IMG/VR virus record: IMGVR_UViG_3300021963_000023
Location: 62,001 to 126,000 of that record
Strand: one strand, 5' to 3'
DNA: 64,000 nt
Of this stretch, positions 36,956-46,792 are shown piece after piece; the stretch's first letter is position 1; each line of letters starts with the position of its first letter. Below the pieces are notes generated by a model. That model did not search any database. It was not told the DNA's origin and was given only the letters and a program-made list of their open reading frames with translations. A program made the position numbers and the translations under genes.

Positions 36956-38407
36956 ATGAATAGCCAGAATATTTTAAAGTTTTATGGTACAAGATTGGAT
37001 GCCAAACTAGATTCGTCAGAATTTTATGATTATGAAATCACAAAAGTCGATACTGACTATAATACTGACGTTTTAGACTTATATACACCAATTGTATATC
37101 AAAGTTTAAAAATTGATCAAAGTTTAACAAACTTACAATGTGTAAAATCATTGATTAACCTATCTGAGGACAACATTTCAGACTTGGTTAATGGATATAC
37201 CTATTCTGGCTTACAGATGACTCTTAACTATGATGATTTTACTAATTACATTGGATCAAACTATAAAAACGTATTATTAGACTCAAATAGATTTAAATTT
37301 ACATTAATTAGTGGTAGAACACATTATTTTAAAATAAATTCATATAATTTAGCTACTCCAGATTCTAACGCTTTAACTGGTTATACTAAATCTCAATTAA
37401 TATCTGGATTTACAACAGATGTATATAAATCAAGAAAAAATATTATTACCCCTAATGCGTGTTCACCTTTGGCACCAATTCAAGTTGTTAAGCCATGGGC
37501 ATATGATTTTAGACAAGGTCAAGGAACAGACAATTGTACACCAACATTAGCAAGAAGAACCGAAAAGGGTTGGACATTAGATTTTATTTTTAATAGAAAT
37601 AACTTAAGCTGGGCTTCTGGAGGGATATTTTACTATTGGGGTGTTAGAGGCACTAATGTTGTTTCTGAATATGCAGATAATAATCTTTCGTTTGGGTTTA
37701 CCTCCGATGGAAGAATAAAATGGTCTGCATATCGTTATTCTGGCGCATGTGTTAATGGCGCATATTCTGAATCATATTATCTATCTAGTGGTCAAACACC
37801 AACATTGTGTACAATAAACCCAATAAAAGATTTTAATGTAACAATAACGTTTGACAGATACAAGCATTATGATAATTGTGATATTGAAAACGATGGTGGT
37901 TTTAATGATATGATTGGGTTTAAAACTTCCCCATATCAAAACACAGTAGTTACCGCAGTTACATCAACACAACTAACGGTTTGGAATGCTTCTGAATCAT
38001 TGAGAGAAGAGTGGTCAGAGGAAAGACAAAGAAGATTGGGTACACTTAAAATATATCTAAACGGAAGACCCATCTATAAGTTAGAAAATTGGGAGGAAGT
38101 TATTCCATCAACAAGAGGAACTCAACCATTTATACAATCTTGGGGAGCCGGAACTGGTTTAATGAACAATATCCACAGTGGTGCTTGTTGTTTTAAAATG
38201 AAAAAAATAAAATATTATGAGGAGCCATTAGATTTTGTTCATGTTAGACATGATTTTTTAAATATTTTAAACAACTATGATTTTGAGATATGTGGTATTG
38301 GTTGTATTGATGATTTAAGTGGGTTACCTTTGCCTACCGCAACTCCATCCCCAACACCTACACCAAGTGCCACACCATCACCAACACCAACAGTTACACC
38401 ACAATAA
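36956..38407 (+). CDS. probable virion protein, beta-sandwich/lectin-like with Pro/Thr-rich tail
   Basis: LKIYLNG, IKYYEEPL, C-terminal PTATPSPTPTPSATPSPTPT; ATG 36956 follows the late motif. Confidence 0.55.
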   Translation: MNSQNILKFYGTRLDAKLDSSEFYDYEITKVDTDYNTDVLDLYTPIVYQSLKIDQSLTNLQCVKSLINLSEDNISDLVNGYTYSGLQMTLNYDDFTNYIGSNYKNVLLDSNRFKFTLISGRTHYFKINSYNLATPDSNALTGYTKSQLISGFTTDVYKSRKNIITPNACSPLAPIQVVKPWAYDFRQGQGTDNCTPTLARRTEKGWTLDFIFNRNNLSWASGGIFYYWGVRGTNVVSEYADNNLSFGFTSDGRIKWSAYRYSGACVNGAYSESYYLSSGQTPTLCTINPIKDFNVTITFDRYKHYDNCDIENDGGFNDMIGFKTSPYQNTVVTAVTSTQLTVWNASESLREEWSEERQRRLGTLKIYLNGRPIYKLENWEEVIPSTRGTQPFIQSWGAGTGLMNNIHSGACCFKMKKIKYYEEPLDFVHVRHDFLNILNNYDFEICGIGCIDDLSGLPLPTATPSPTPTPSATPSPTPTVTPQ

Positions 38408-38430
38408 AATAAACAAACTATTTATAACAT

Positions 38431-38799
38431 ATGGAATTTTTTATAAGACAGGGCGCAAGTGACCCAATATTAAAAATGAGACTAATTGATGATGGTAAAA
38501 ACGATAAATCTTCATTTAACGATTTATTGGAAAATACAGACATTACATTTGAAATGTATGACCATAAAACTGGCGAGCCATCTGTTTTAAATGCCCAGTG
38601 TTTTTTAACAACCAGAAACAAAAAATACAATCAGACAACATTGGAATATTATATAACATACAGATTTACAGAGCTTCAGACCGCAAAACCAGGTAAGTTT
38701 GAAGGTAAAATTAATATTCAATTTCTAGACACAAACTCAACAAAAACAACAAAACTTATCCTACCAGTACGAGAAAAATTATATATTAATATCATATAG
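38431..38799 (+). CDS. BppU-N-like structural protein
   Basis: FFIRQG..P.L...Y.F...T..PGKFEG...I.F....LILP pattern. Confidence 0.5.
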   Translation: MEFFIRQGASDPILKMRLIDDGKNDKSSFNDLLENTDITFEMYDHKTGEPSVLNAQCFLTTRNKKYNQTTLEYYITYRFTELQTAKPGKFEGKINIQFLDTNSTKTTKLILPVREKLYINII

Positions 38800-38896
38800 T
38801 TTTTGTTTTTTTCGGAAATTTTACTTATTTTTATGGTTAATTAAGGCTAACTACGGGAATCCCGTAAGCTAATGTGTCATCCATAAATTATAAATC

Positions 38897-41803
38897 ATGC
38901 AAGAGATTATTTCTCAAGAGGTTATCGAAACCTTCTTGAACGGGTCTGACCCCGAAAGATTCATTGTCGGTATCGAATATGACTACCGAAAGAATAAAAT
39001 TTACAAAATCATACAACACCCAGAAAGAGGTAAAATTGTTCTTGAGGACACGTTTACTCCGTTTCTTTGGGCCGGTGACTTATCTGGATTTAACTTCTAT
39101 AATGGAAGTAAAGAAAAGCAGAAAAAGAAAATGGCGGAATATGGTATATTAAGCACCAAACTTGAAACCATGGGTAACGATAGGCTAGAAGATGGGTTAA
39201 AATACCTAGTTAAGAGCACTAATGGTTATCAATCTCTATTGGCTTTTTTTAAGGACGGTGGAATCGATCCTTGGGGTGAAGACTTTAAATCTCAATTTCA
39301 GATATTATCACCAGCCGAACAGTATTTGGTTCAGAAGAAAAAAAGATTGTTTAAGGGTATTGAAGACTATTCCGAAGTTCACCGACTTGTATTTGATATT
39401 GAGACAACTGGTTTAGACCCAGAGACAAGCAATATCATTCTAATTGGAGTTAAAGATAATAGAGGGTATAGTAAATTATTAAACGCATATGGAGATGATG
39501 GTGAAAAAAGATGTATTGAAGAATTTTTTAAAATCATAAAAGAATTAAAGCCATCAATTATTGGTGGGTATAATTCAGCCGCGTTTGACTTACCATTCAT
39601 ATTTAAAAGAGCACAAATTTGTGGGCTGAATATTAGTAAGTTAACTAAGATTTTAAATGATAACCCGCTTAGAATAAAAGAGGGTAAATTAAAATTAGCA
39701 AATGAAGTGGAACCATATACACAGTATGTGTTATGGGGATTTAATATTGTAGATATTGCCCATGCGGTTAGAAGGGCACAAGCAATTAATTCTGAAATTA
39801 AAAGCTGGGGATTGAAATATATTACCACATATCTAGAAAAAGAAAAAGCAAATCGTGTGTATGTTGATGGTGCCTTTATTTCTAAAATATATCTTGAAAA
39901 TCAGAGTTATTATGTTAATCCTAAAACAGGAAAATATAAGAAAATTGGTGATCCAGGTACTGATGACTTGTTAGAAAAATATCCAGGTAAATTTGAAATA
40001 TGGCCTGGCCAAAGAATTGTTGAACAGTATCTTGATGATGACTTATATGAAACTATGGTTGTTGATGAATCATTTAGTCAATCAACATTTTTATTATCTA
40101 AGGTTATCCCAACAACATATGAAAGAATATCGACAATGGGTACAGCAACTCTTTGGAAAATATTAATGCTTGCCTGGTCATATGATAATAATTTAGCAAT
40201 ACCAGCAAAAGATGAAAAACGTCCATTTACTGGAGGGTTATCTCGTTTATTAAATGTGGGTTATGCAAAGAACATTGTTAAGTTTGACTATGCGTCACTT
40301 TATCCATCTATTCAATTGGTCTATGATATATTTCCAGCGTGTGATGTAATGGGAGTTCAAAAATCAATGTTAAAATATTTCCGAGATATTCGTATTAAAT
40401 ATAAACATCTTGCCAGTTCATTAGCAAAAACAAGCCCTGTTGAAGCTGAAATGTATGATAGAAAACAATTACCAATCAAGATTTTTATCAACGCATATTT
40501 TGGTAGTTTATCCGCACCACACGTATTCCCTTGGGGAGAAATGGATTCAGGTGAAACTATTACCTGTATTGGTCGTCAGTGTTTAAGAATGATGATTATG
40601 TTCTATATGAATAAAGGATATAAACCACTTGTAATGGATACTGATGGTGTGAATTTTGAAACACCAGAAGGAATTGCAGAAACAAGATATATTGGTAAAG
40701 GATTAAATGAATTATCTATTGAAGGTAAGGAGTATCATGGAATTGAAGCAGACACCGCAGAATTTAATGATATATTCATGAGGGGTGAAATGGGGTTAGA
40801 TATTGATTATGTTGCTCCGGCATGTATTAATGTGTCTCGTAAGAACTACATTATTAAAATAATTAAAAAGGGAAAGGAGAAGATAAAATTAACCGGTAAT
40901 ACCATTAAATCTAAACGACTTCAGCAATTCGTTGTTGAATTTTTAGATGAGGGGTTTACACATTTACTTAATGGTGACGGTCAATCTTTTTTAAATTTGT
41001 ATTATTCAACAATAAGAAAAATATATAATAAAGAAATACCGTTAGCTAAGATCGCTAGTAAAGCTCGTGTTAAACAAAGTGCTAATGACTATAAAAACCA
41101 TTGTAAGAAAACAACCAAGTCTGGTTCAACAATGTCTCGTCAAGCTCATATGGAATTAATATTAGAAAACGATTATCATGCAACATTGGGTGAAACAATT
41201 TATTATATAAACAACGGTGCAAAAAAAGGAGATGGTGATGTTAAGAAAATAACAAAGCCAACAAAAAAAGAGAAAGAAGATTATTTGCTTAAGCATGGTT
41301 GTGAAATACCAAAAGACTTTATTCAAGTTAATTGCTATATGATTCCTGAAAAAGAATTAGCTAACAATCCTAATATGACTGGTGAATATAATGTTGCTAG
41401 AAATGTTACAACTTTTAATAAAAGAATTGAACCTCTTTTAGTTGTGTTTAAACCAGAGATTAGGGATAACATTTTAATTGAAGACCCAAATGATGAACAA
41501 CAGTTTACGAAAAAACAATCTGAGTTGATTTCAGGGTACCCTCTTAAAGAAGGTGGTCAGGATAGTTTAGATGAAGTTATGACATTATCAGATGGTGAGG
41601 TTTTATTCTGGAACAAAGTGAATAAAGATCCATTCTTTATGTATGTTGAAGATAGTTTAAACAGCGTAGATCAAAAATGGGTTGATTACAATAGAAAGGT
41701 TGTTTCATTCCAAGCAGAAAGTGTTAAAGATATTCAAGATAATGAAATCATTGAGAATAACGGACACGACTATGCATATCACGCGTCAGTATATGTTGAT
41801 TAA
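38897..41803 (+). CDS. family B DNA polymerase
   Basis: Exo I FDIET, Exo II YNSAAFD, DYASLYPS, KIFINAYFG, MDTDG, RKNY. Confidence 0.95.
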   Translation: MQEIISQEVIETFLNGSDPERFIVGIEYDYRKNKIYKIIQHPERGKIVLEDTFTPFLWAGDLSGFNFYNGSKEKQKKKMAEYGILSTKLETMGNDRLEDGLKYLVKSTNGYQSLLAFFKDGGIDPWGEDFKSQFQILSPAEQYLVQKKKRLFKGIEDYSEVHRLVFDIETTGLDPETSNIILIGVKDNRGYSKLLNAYGDDGEKRCIEEFFKIIKELKPSIIGGYNSAAFDLPFIFKRAQICGLNISKLTKILNDNPLRIKEGKLKLANEVEPYTQYVLWGFNIVDIAHAVRRAQAINSEIKSWGLKYITTYLEKEKANRVYVDGAFISKIYLENQSYYVNPKTGKYKKIGDPGTDDLLEKYPGKFEIWPGQRIVEQYLDDDLYETMVVDESFSQSTFLLSKVIPTTYERISTMGTATLWKILMLAWSYDNNLAIPAKDEKRPFTGGLSRLLNVGYAKNIVKFDYASLYPSIQLVYDIFPACDVMGVQKSMLKYFRDIRIKYKHLASSLAKTSPVEAEMYDRKQLPIKIFINAYFGSLSAPHVFPWGEMDSGETITCIGRQCLRMMIMFYMNKGYKPLVMDTDGVNFETPEGIAETRYIGKGLNELSIEGKEYHGIEADTAEFNDIFMRGEMGLDIDYVAPACINVSRKNYIIKIIKKGKEKIKLTGNTIKSKRLQQFVVEFLDEGFTHLLNGDGQSFLNLYYSTIRKIYNKEIPLAKIASKARVKQSANDYKNHCKKTTKSGSTMSRQAHMELILENDYHATLGETIYYINNGAKKGDGDVKKITKPTKKEKEDYLLKHGCEIPKDFIQVNCYMIPEKELANNPNMTGEYNVARNVTTFNKRIEPLLVVFKPEIRDNILIEDPNDEQQFTKKQSELISGYPLKEGGQDSLDEVMTLSDGEVLFWNKVNKDPFFMYVEDSLNSVDQKWVDYNRKVVSFQAESVKDIQDNEIIENNGHDYAYHASVYVD

Positions 41804-42915
41804 ATAATATTAAATGGACTTGGCATGGCTCTGAATTTCAGGGCCTTGTTTAAGTTCTCTGCTTCATTACCTTTTCTTTCAAGCATTTTATCAGGACGAA
41901 GTCTTTCTAATCTTAATGATAATTCTTCATTAAGCTTCATTCTTTCATCTTTTGCTTCTGTAAGTAATGTTGAGTAATCTAATTTTACATCACTATCTGG
42001 AACTTTAAGATCTCCAGAAAATTTACCATAGATTCTACCAAGTGATTCTTTGCAATATGTTGTAAGATACTTTCTAACCCAGTTTTGGGCTGGTCTGTTT
42101 AATTCGTCCCAAGCTAGTTGTTGTGTCATAACATCTGATGGTAATTTAATAACATCTTTGTTTTCAGCTAAACAGTTATCTCTATCCATGGTATCATAAT
42201 ACCAATACCATACTTTACTATTATATTTCGTTGTGTTATTAAAATCAAATCTTCCGCCAGGAACGTTCGATAAGTGAATGTATTTTATACCGTTTGGACC
42301 GGCTGTAATTCTATATGTCAAATCTCCACCAATTAATCTATTTTTAATGTTTCTATCTTGCATTCTAAGTAGTAAGTCAAACGCAGGTAACATGAAATAA
42401 GACCCCGAACCACCTACTTGAGCAAATCCACCCATACCACCGAAACCACCGCCTCCTATGCCACCAAAACCACCAAGAAATGGATCTACAATAGAGTCGG
42501 TTAATTCAGCTCTACTAAACCATAATAATTCGTTTATTTCTCTACCTGCTGGTATCTCATATATTTGTTGACCACTAACTAAATCAACATAATCCTTTTT
42601 TAATATCCATGGCCCATCGGCTTGTAAACCAACAATTTTAGAATAAGAATATGTGTATTGATTTTCAAAATTCATATCCCTGGTTGTAAACGCTCTAGTT
42701 AATGATTGATTATCAACGTCTAATCCAACTAGTGAAGACCATTGTGATTCTATTAACCAATCACTTACATATTGTTCATATTCATTTACAGACATTTCTA
42801 AAAAAGAGTCCATTTGCTCTTCAGTTAGTTCTACGCCTCTAACAGGCATACCTAATAAATGTAGAATTTGGCTATAAAGTTTTTCCTTTTCAGAAACGCT
42901 AATTACTGTACTCAT
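41800..42915 (-). CDS. neck protein (T4 gp13-like)
   Basis: LLGMPVRGVELTEEQM N-terminus, WVRKY...KE.LG..YGKF C-terminus. Confidence 0.78.
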   Translation of the reverse strand: MSTVISVSEKEKLYSQILHLLGMPVRGVELTEEQMDSFLEMSVNEYEQYVSDWLIESQWSSLVGLDVDNQSLTRAFTTRDMNFENQYTYSYSKIVGLQADGPWILKKDYVDLVSGQQIYEIPAGREINELLWFSRAELTDSIVDPFLGGFGGIGGGGFGGMGGFAQVGGSGSYFMLPAFDLLLRMQDRNIKNRLIGGDLTYRITAGPNGIKYIHLSNVPGGRFDFNNTTKYNSKVWYWYYDTMDRDNCLAENKDVIKLPSDVMTQQLAWDELNRPAQNWVRKYLTTYCKESLGRIYGKFSGDLKVPDSDVKLDYSTLLTEAKDERMKLNEELSLRLERLRPDKMLERKGNEAENLNKALKFRAMPSPFNII

Positions 42916-42956
42916 TGAGTCGTGCTTTTCTTATAAATACCGGATTTATTATAAAA

Positions 42957-44708
42957 CTATAATAAATTCTTAAGCAATTCACTTGCAAAAGTATCACTAT
43001 ATTCCCCATCACCCATAACTTGGTCAATAATACCCTTTTTCTTTTGTAAAATATTATAAACCTGTATTTCGATTGTATTTTCAAAAACAGGGTAATATAC
43101 CAGTACGGTGTTTTTTTGACCATATCTATATGCTCTATCCTCGGCTTGAGAGTGATCGGCAGGAACAAATGATAAGTCATTCATAATGACAGTTTCGGCC
43201 GCAGTCAATGTTATACCAACACCGCCGGCTTTAATATTTGAAATAAATATTTTAATTTTGTCATTGTTTTGAAACTTATCTACACTCTCCTGTCTTTTTT
43301 CTTTACTCATTCTACCATCTAAAACAACAGAGTTTTTCTTATATTTTTCATGTATCATATCTAATGATGCGGTGAAATTTGTAAAGACAATAACTTTTTT
43401 ATCTTGTTCAATAAATTTATCAATAAATTCACATGTATATGGTACCTTTTCAATTGCAATTAATTGTCTAAGTTTCATTAATCTATTTAAAGTAACTGAA
43501 ACGCTTTCGCTGTTTCTTTTCTCTTTGGTAATCCTAATAAAATCTTCTAGTTCGTGATCATAGAATCTACTTTGAAGCTCTAAATAAACAGGAGTAATGA
43601 TTTTTTCTGGTAAATCCAATATGTCAGTCTTCATTCTTCTTAAAACAAGATTTTTAGTCTTTTCCCTTAATTCATCTAGATTGGATGCTCCTGATGTGTT
43701 CCACACTTTTCTATTACCAACTCTAAATTGATAACCAGCGCAATATCTAAAAACAAAACTTTGCCAATTCAATGCTAACGGTGATTCAACAATCTTAAGT
43801 AAGTTGTAATAATTTATTGGTCTAGACGTCATAGGTGTGCCTGTTAACAACCAAACCTTAGGAATCTTACTAAGAATATCATTTAATAATTTAGTTCTTT
43901 GTGCTGTTGAATTTGAAATATAGTGAGCCTCATCCACAATAGCTAAATCAAACCCAGCCTTTGTAATCAATTGATAAGCTTCACTATCCTCACTTTTATC
44001 TGTTGTGTGAAAGTTTTTTAATATATCATAATTGATAATATAATAATCAAAAGTTGATCCCCATTTCTTACCTTCAATTAATAATATTCGTCTATCTGTA
44101 TAATTTTTAATTTCTCTTTCCCAGTTAATCTTTAAAGAAGCCGGACAAACAATTAAAATTTTCTTAGCACCGCTTTCTAGTGAACCAATAACCGCGGCTG
44201 TTGTTTTACCAAGACCCATATCATCAGCAAGGATAAACTTATCATTAGCTAAAAGTTTTTCAATTGCTGTTTTCTGATGTTCCATTGGTGGTCTTACATC
44301 ATATGGGGTATAATCAATTTCTCTATCTAACTTTTTCTCTTCTTGTATTATACCCGTTTTAGGTACCCAAAAAGAATGCATTTTATCTGACTCTAATATT
44401 TTACCCCAGATATGATATGCTTTATCTGATTCACACAATAACTTCTCAACCCAAATCTCTTCTGGTGGTTTTGGCAATAGTCTATCCAGCATTATTTTAT
44501 CTGCAAAAGATGAAAATAATTTAACTTTTTTTCTGGCTACTTTTGGAATTGTTTTTTCATTCTTGATTATATAATCGGCTTGAGTTCTACTCAAAGAAAA
44601 ATGTTTACTTTCTAAAAGCCTTTTTTTAAGTTCCAATAGGTGGTTGTTCGAACCAGCATATGCTAGTAATATTTCTCTACCTACTATTTCCGGTATTTTA
44701 GTTTCCAT
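42957..44708 (-). CDS. SNF2-family helicase (SMARCAL1/HARP-like)
   Basis: LADDMGLGKT, DEAH, LTGTP, LRRMK, GVGITLT, QAEDRAYRYGQ. Confidence 0.92.
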   Translation of the reverse strand: METKIPEIVGREILLAYAGSNNHLLELKKRLLESKHFSLSRTQADYIIKNEKTIPKVARKKVKLFSSFADKIMLDRLLPKPPEEIWVEKLLCESDKAYHIWGKILESDKMHSFWVPKTGIIQEEKKLDREIDYTPYDVRPPMEHQKTAIEKLLANDKFILADDMGLGKTTAAVIGSLESGAKKILIVCPASLKINWEREIKNYTDRRILLIEGKKWGSTFDYYIINYDILKNFHTTDKSEDSEAYQLITKAGFDLAIVDEAHYISNSTAQRTKLLNDILSKIPKVWLLTGTPMTSRPINYYNLLKIVESPLALNWQSFVFRYCAGYQFRVGNRKVWNTSGASNLDELREKTKNLVLRRMKTDILDLPEKIITPVYLELQSRFYDHELEDFIRITKEKRNSESVSVTLNRLMKLRQLIAIEKVPYTCEFIDKFIEQDKKVIVFTNFTASLDMIHEKYKKNSVVLDGRMSKEKRQESVDKFQNNDKIKIFISNIKAGGVGITLTAAETVIMNDLSFVPADHSQAEDRAYRYGQKNTVLVYYPVFENTIEIQVYNILQKKKGIIDQVMGDGEYSDTFASELLKNLL

Positions 44709-44761
44709 ACATTATGAAATATAAGTAATTACAAACACTTTCTAAACTATTTATAGATATT

Positions 44762-45274
44762 ATGGACAACAAATTACCAATAACAAGAATGAGTAAATTC
44801 TTTTCTGAAGAGGATTTCAGCCTACAAATACAAATAGGTCAAGAGTATTTGCATGGAGATTTAAACATGAAATTGGTGCTTTATAGGGTTGATAGACAAA
44901 AAACAGAAAAAGACGATGTTTATGGTGAAGTTGGTAAAGATGAAATAAAGTACTTCCCTCCGATTGAATTTAATGCACTAGTTAAAGTAGAAGAGGCTAA
45001 AAATAGCTCATATAAGGGTGGAATGCTTCGTTATTTAGAACCAGGTAATTTAACGTTATCTGTTTATATAAAGCATTTAGAAGAACTTGGTGTTGATATA
45101 AAATACGGGGATTATATTGGGTACCCAGAGTCTGAGGAAAAAGTTAGATTTTATACTGTCACAAATGACGGTAGGGTAACCTCAGATAATAAACATCATC
45201 TATTTGGTTTTAAACCATACTATAGAACGATTACTTGTGCAATAGCGCAGGAACAAGAATTTAGAGGAGTATAA
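44762..45274 (+). CDS. head closure/neck protein (gp14-like)
   Basis: DDVYGE motif, GDYI, position between neck and tail terminator genes. Confidence 0.55.
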   Translation: MDNKLPITRMSKFFSEEDFSLQIQIGQEYLHGDLNMKLVLYRVDRQKTEKDDVYGEVGKDEIKYFPPIEFNALVKVEEAKNSSYKGGMLRYLEPGNLTLSVYIKHLEELGVDIKYGDYIGYPESEEKVRFYTVTNDGRVTSDNKHHLFGFKPYYRTITCAIAQEQEFRGV

Positions 45275-45275
45275 A

Positions 45276-46511
45276 ATGGCCATACCTAAAAGAAAAACAG
45301 ATATTCAAATATACAAGGGTAAACAACTTACCGAAAGAAGACAAGAACTATTGGAAAAAATAACCAAGTCAGATTCGTATCTTCCTGATTCTGTTTTACA
45401 TGACGATTTAGATTCTGGAATGTTAGAGTTTATTAAGAAAAACTTTGTTGTTGTTTCTGATGGTAGTCAAATACCGGTAATCCCAAAAATATTAACAATT
45501 CAAAGATGGGCCCAAATTATGAATACTTGGGAGTTTTCTGATGATGACGGTAATCTAAAGGTTCCATTTGTTGGTGTTATAAGAAGACCAGATGTTCAAC
45601 CAGGAACTAACCCATCAGTTATCAGAACAATACCAGATAGATTACAATTTCATTATGCTTCAGTTGCAACTTGGAATGGAACACAAATGGGCGCTGATGT
45701 ATATAAGATACCTCAACCGGTGGCCGTAGACATAACATTTGAAGTAACCATTGTTTGTACGAAACTTAGAGAATTAAATAGATTTAATAAAATTGTTCTA
45801 CAGAAATTTGCCTCAAGACAAGCTTACACCATTGTAAAAGGTCATTATATTCCAATTATAATGGATAAGGTTGAAGATAATTCTCCTGTTGATCAAATAG
45901 ATGGGCGTAGATTTTATATGCAAACATATCAATTTACCATGTTAGGGTTTCTTATCGACCAAGATGAATTTGAGGTTAAACCAGCGGTTAGTAGATTTTT
46001 CTTAATGAATGAGTTCGCAAAAAATTCTAATTTTCAGAAAAAATATATTAATAAAACAATTGATATAACGGTTGCTACGTTTTTGGCGGATGGCTTACAG
46101 ACCGCATTTAGTGTTGGTGAAAGTATTGGTATTTTATTTAATGTGACAATTAATGGTATAATACAAGAAAGAGACGTTAACTACTTCCATGTTGCTGGAA
46201 CTTCTAAAATTACCTTCCCAGAAGCACCTTATGAAGGAAGTAATGTTACAGTAACTTATTATAAAGGTAGAAATAGTGTTTTTATTGATAATTACGGAAA
46301 ACCAATTCAGGTAGAAACAGAACATTTTATATATAATGGGTCAACTTTGGTGTTTACGGTTATGAACGCAATTAATAGTGTTGTTGGTGTAGATATTAAC
46401 GGTCTTGCTGATGAAGAGGGTGTTGGTTTCAATATCACTAGTGAAACTCAAATTACCTTAACTTCAGCGCCTGTACTTGGATCAAGAATTGGTGTTAATT
46501 ATTTATATTAA
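45276..46511 (+). CDS. tail terminator/completion protein (gp15-like) with C-terminal repeat extension
   Basis: PQPVAVDITFEV, position before sheath; two beta-rich repeats at C-terminus. Confidence 0.55.
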   Translation: MAIPKRKTDIQIYKGKQLTERRQELLEKITKSDSYLPDSVLHDDLDSGMLEFIKKNFVVVSDGSQIPVIPKILTIQRWAQIMNTWEFSDDDGNLKVPFVGVIRRPDVQPGTNPSVIRTIPDRLQFHYASVATWNGTQMGADVYKIPQPVAVDITFEVTIVCTKLRELNRFNKIVLQKFASRQAYTIVKGHYIPIIMDKVEDNSPVDQIDGRRFYMQTYQFTMLGFLIDQDEFEVKPAVSRFFLMNEFAKNSNFQKKYINKTIDITVATFLADGLQTAFSVGESIGILFNVTINGIIQERDVNYFHVAGTSKITFPEAPYEGSNVTVTYYKGRNSVFIDNYGKPIQVETEHFIYNGSTLVFTVMNAINSVVGVDINGLADEEGVGFNITSETQITLTSAPVLGSRIGVNYLY

Positions 46512-46666
46512 TCCTCATCATATAGGTCAGTTTTTTTAGGCTTACAAGTGTCTTCTATTAATTTTTCTAAAATTTTATAAATTTTAAGCCCTTTCTTATC
46601 ACAGTATGATTTTAGCATCTCGTGGTGTTTTTCACTGATTTTCACATTTTTAGTTTTGTTTTCCAT
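46508..46666 (-). CDS. ribbon-helix-helix-like DNA-binding protein (52 aa), not in ORF track
   Basis: MENKTKNVKISEKHHEMLKSYCDKKGLKIYKILEKLIEDTCKPKKTDLYDED. Confidence 0.65.
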   Translation of the reverse strand: MENKTKNVKISEKHHEMLKSYCDKKGLKIYKILEKLIEDTCKPKKTDLYDED

Positions 46667-46670
46667 ATAT

Positions 46671-46700
46671 AAAGATAAATAATGATAAAAAAGGATAAAT
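46671..46700. repeat. three 10-bp direct repeats (AANGATAAAW)
   Basis: aaagataaat aatgataaaa aaggataaat. Confidence 0.5.
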
Positions 46701-46792
46701 AACTATCTAAATACAGAAAATTTGAGAAATCTTTGCTTAAAACAAAGATATTTATTTGGAAAGAATAAAATTATTTAACCAAACATTTATCA

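Noticed and set aside
38897-41803. Intein or intron in polymerase, terminase or helicase
   Set aside because: Motifs are normally spaced; no intein termini or homing endonuclease motifs seen
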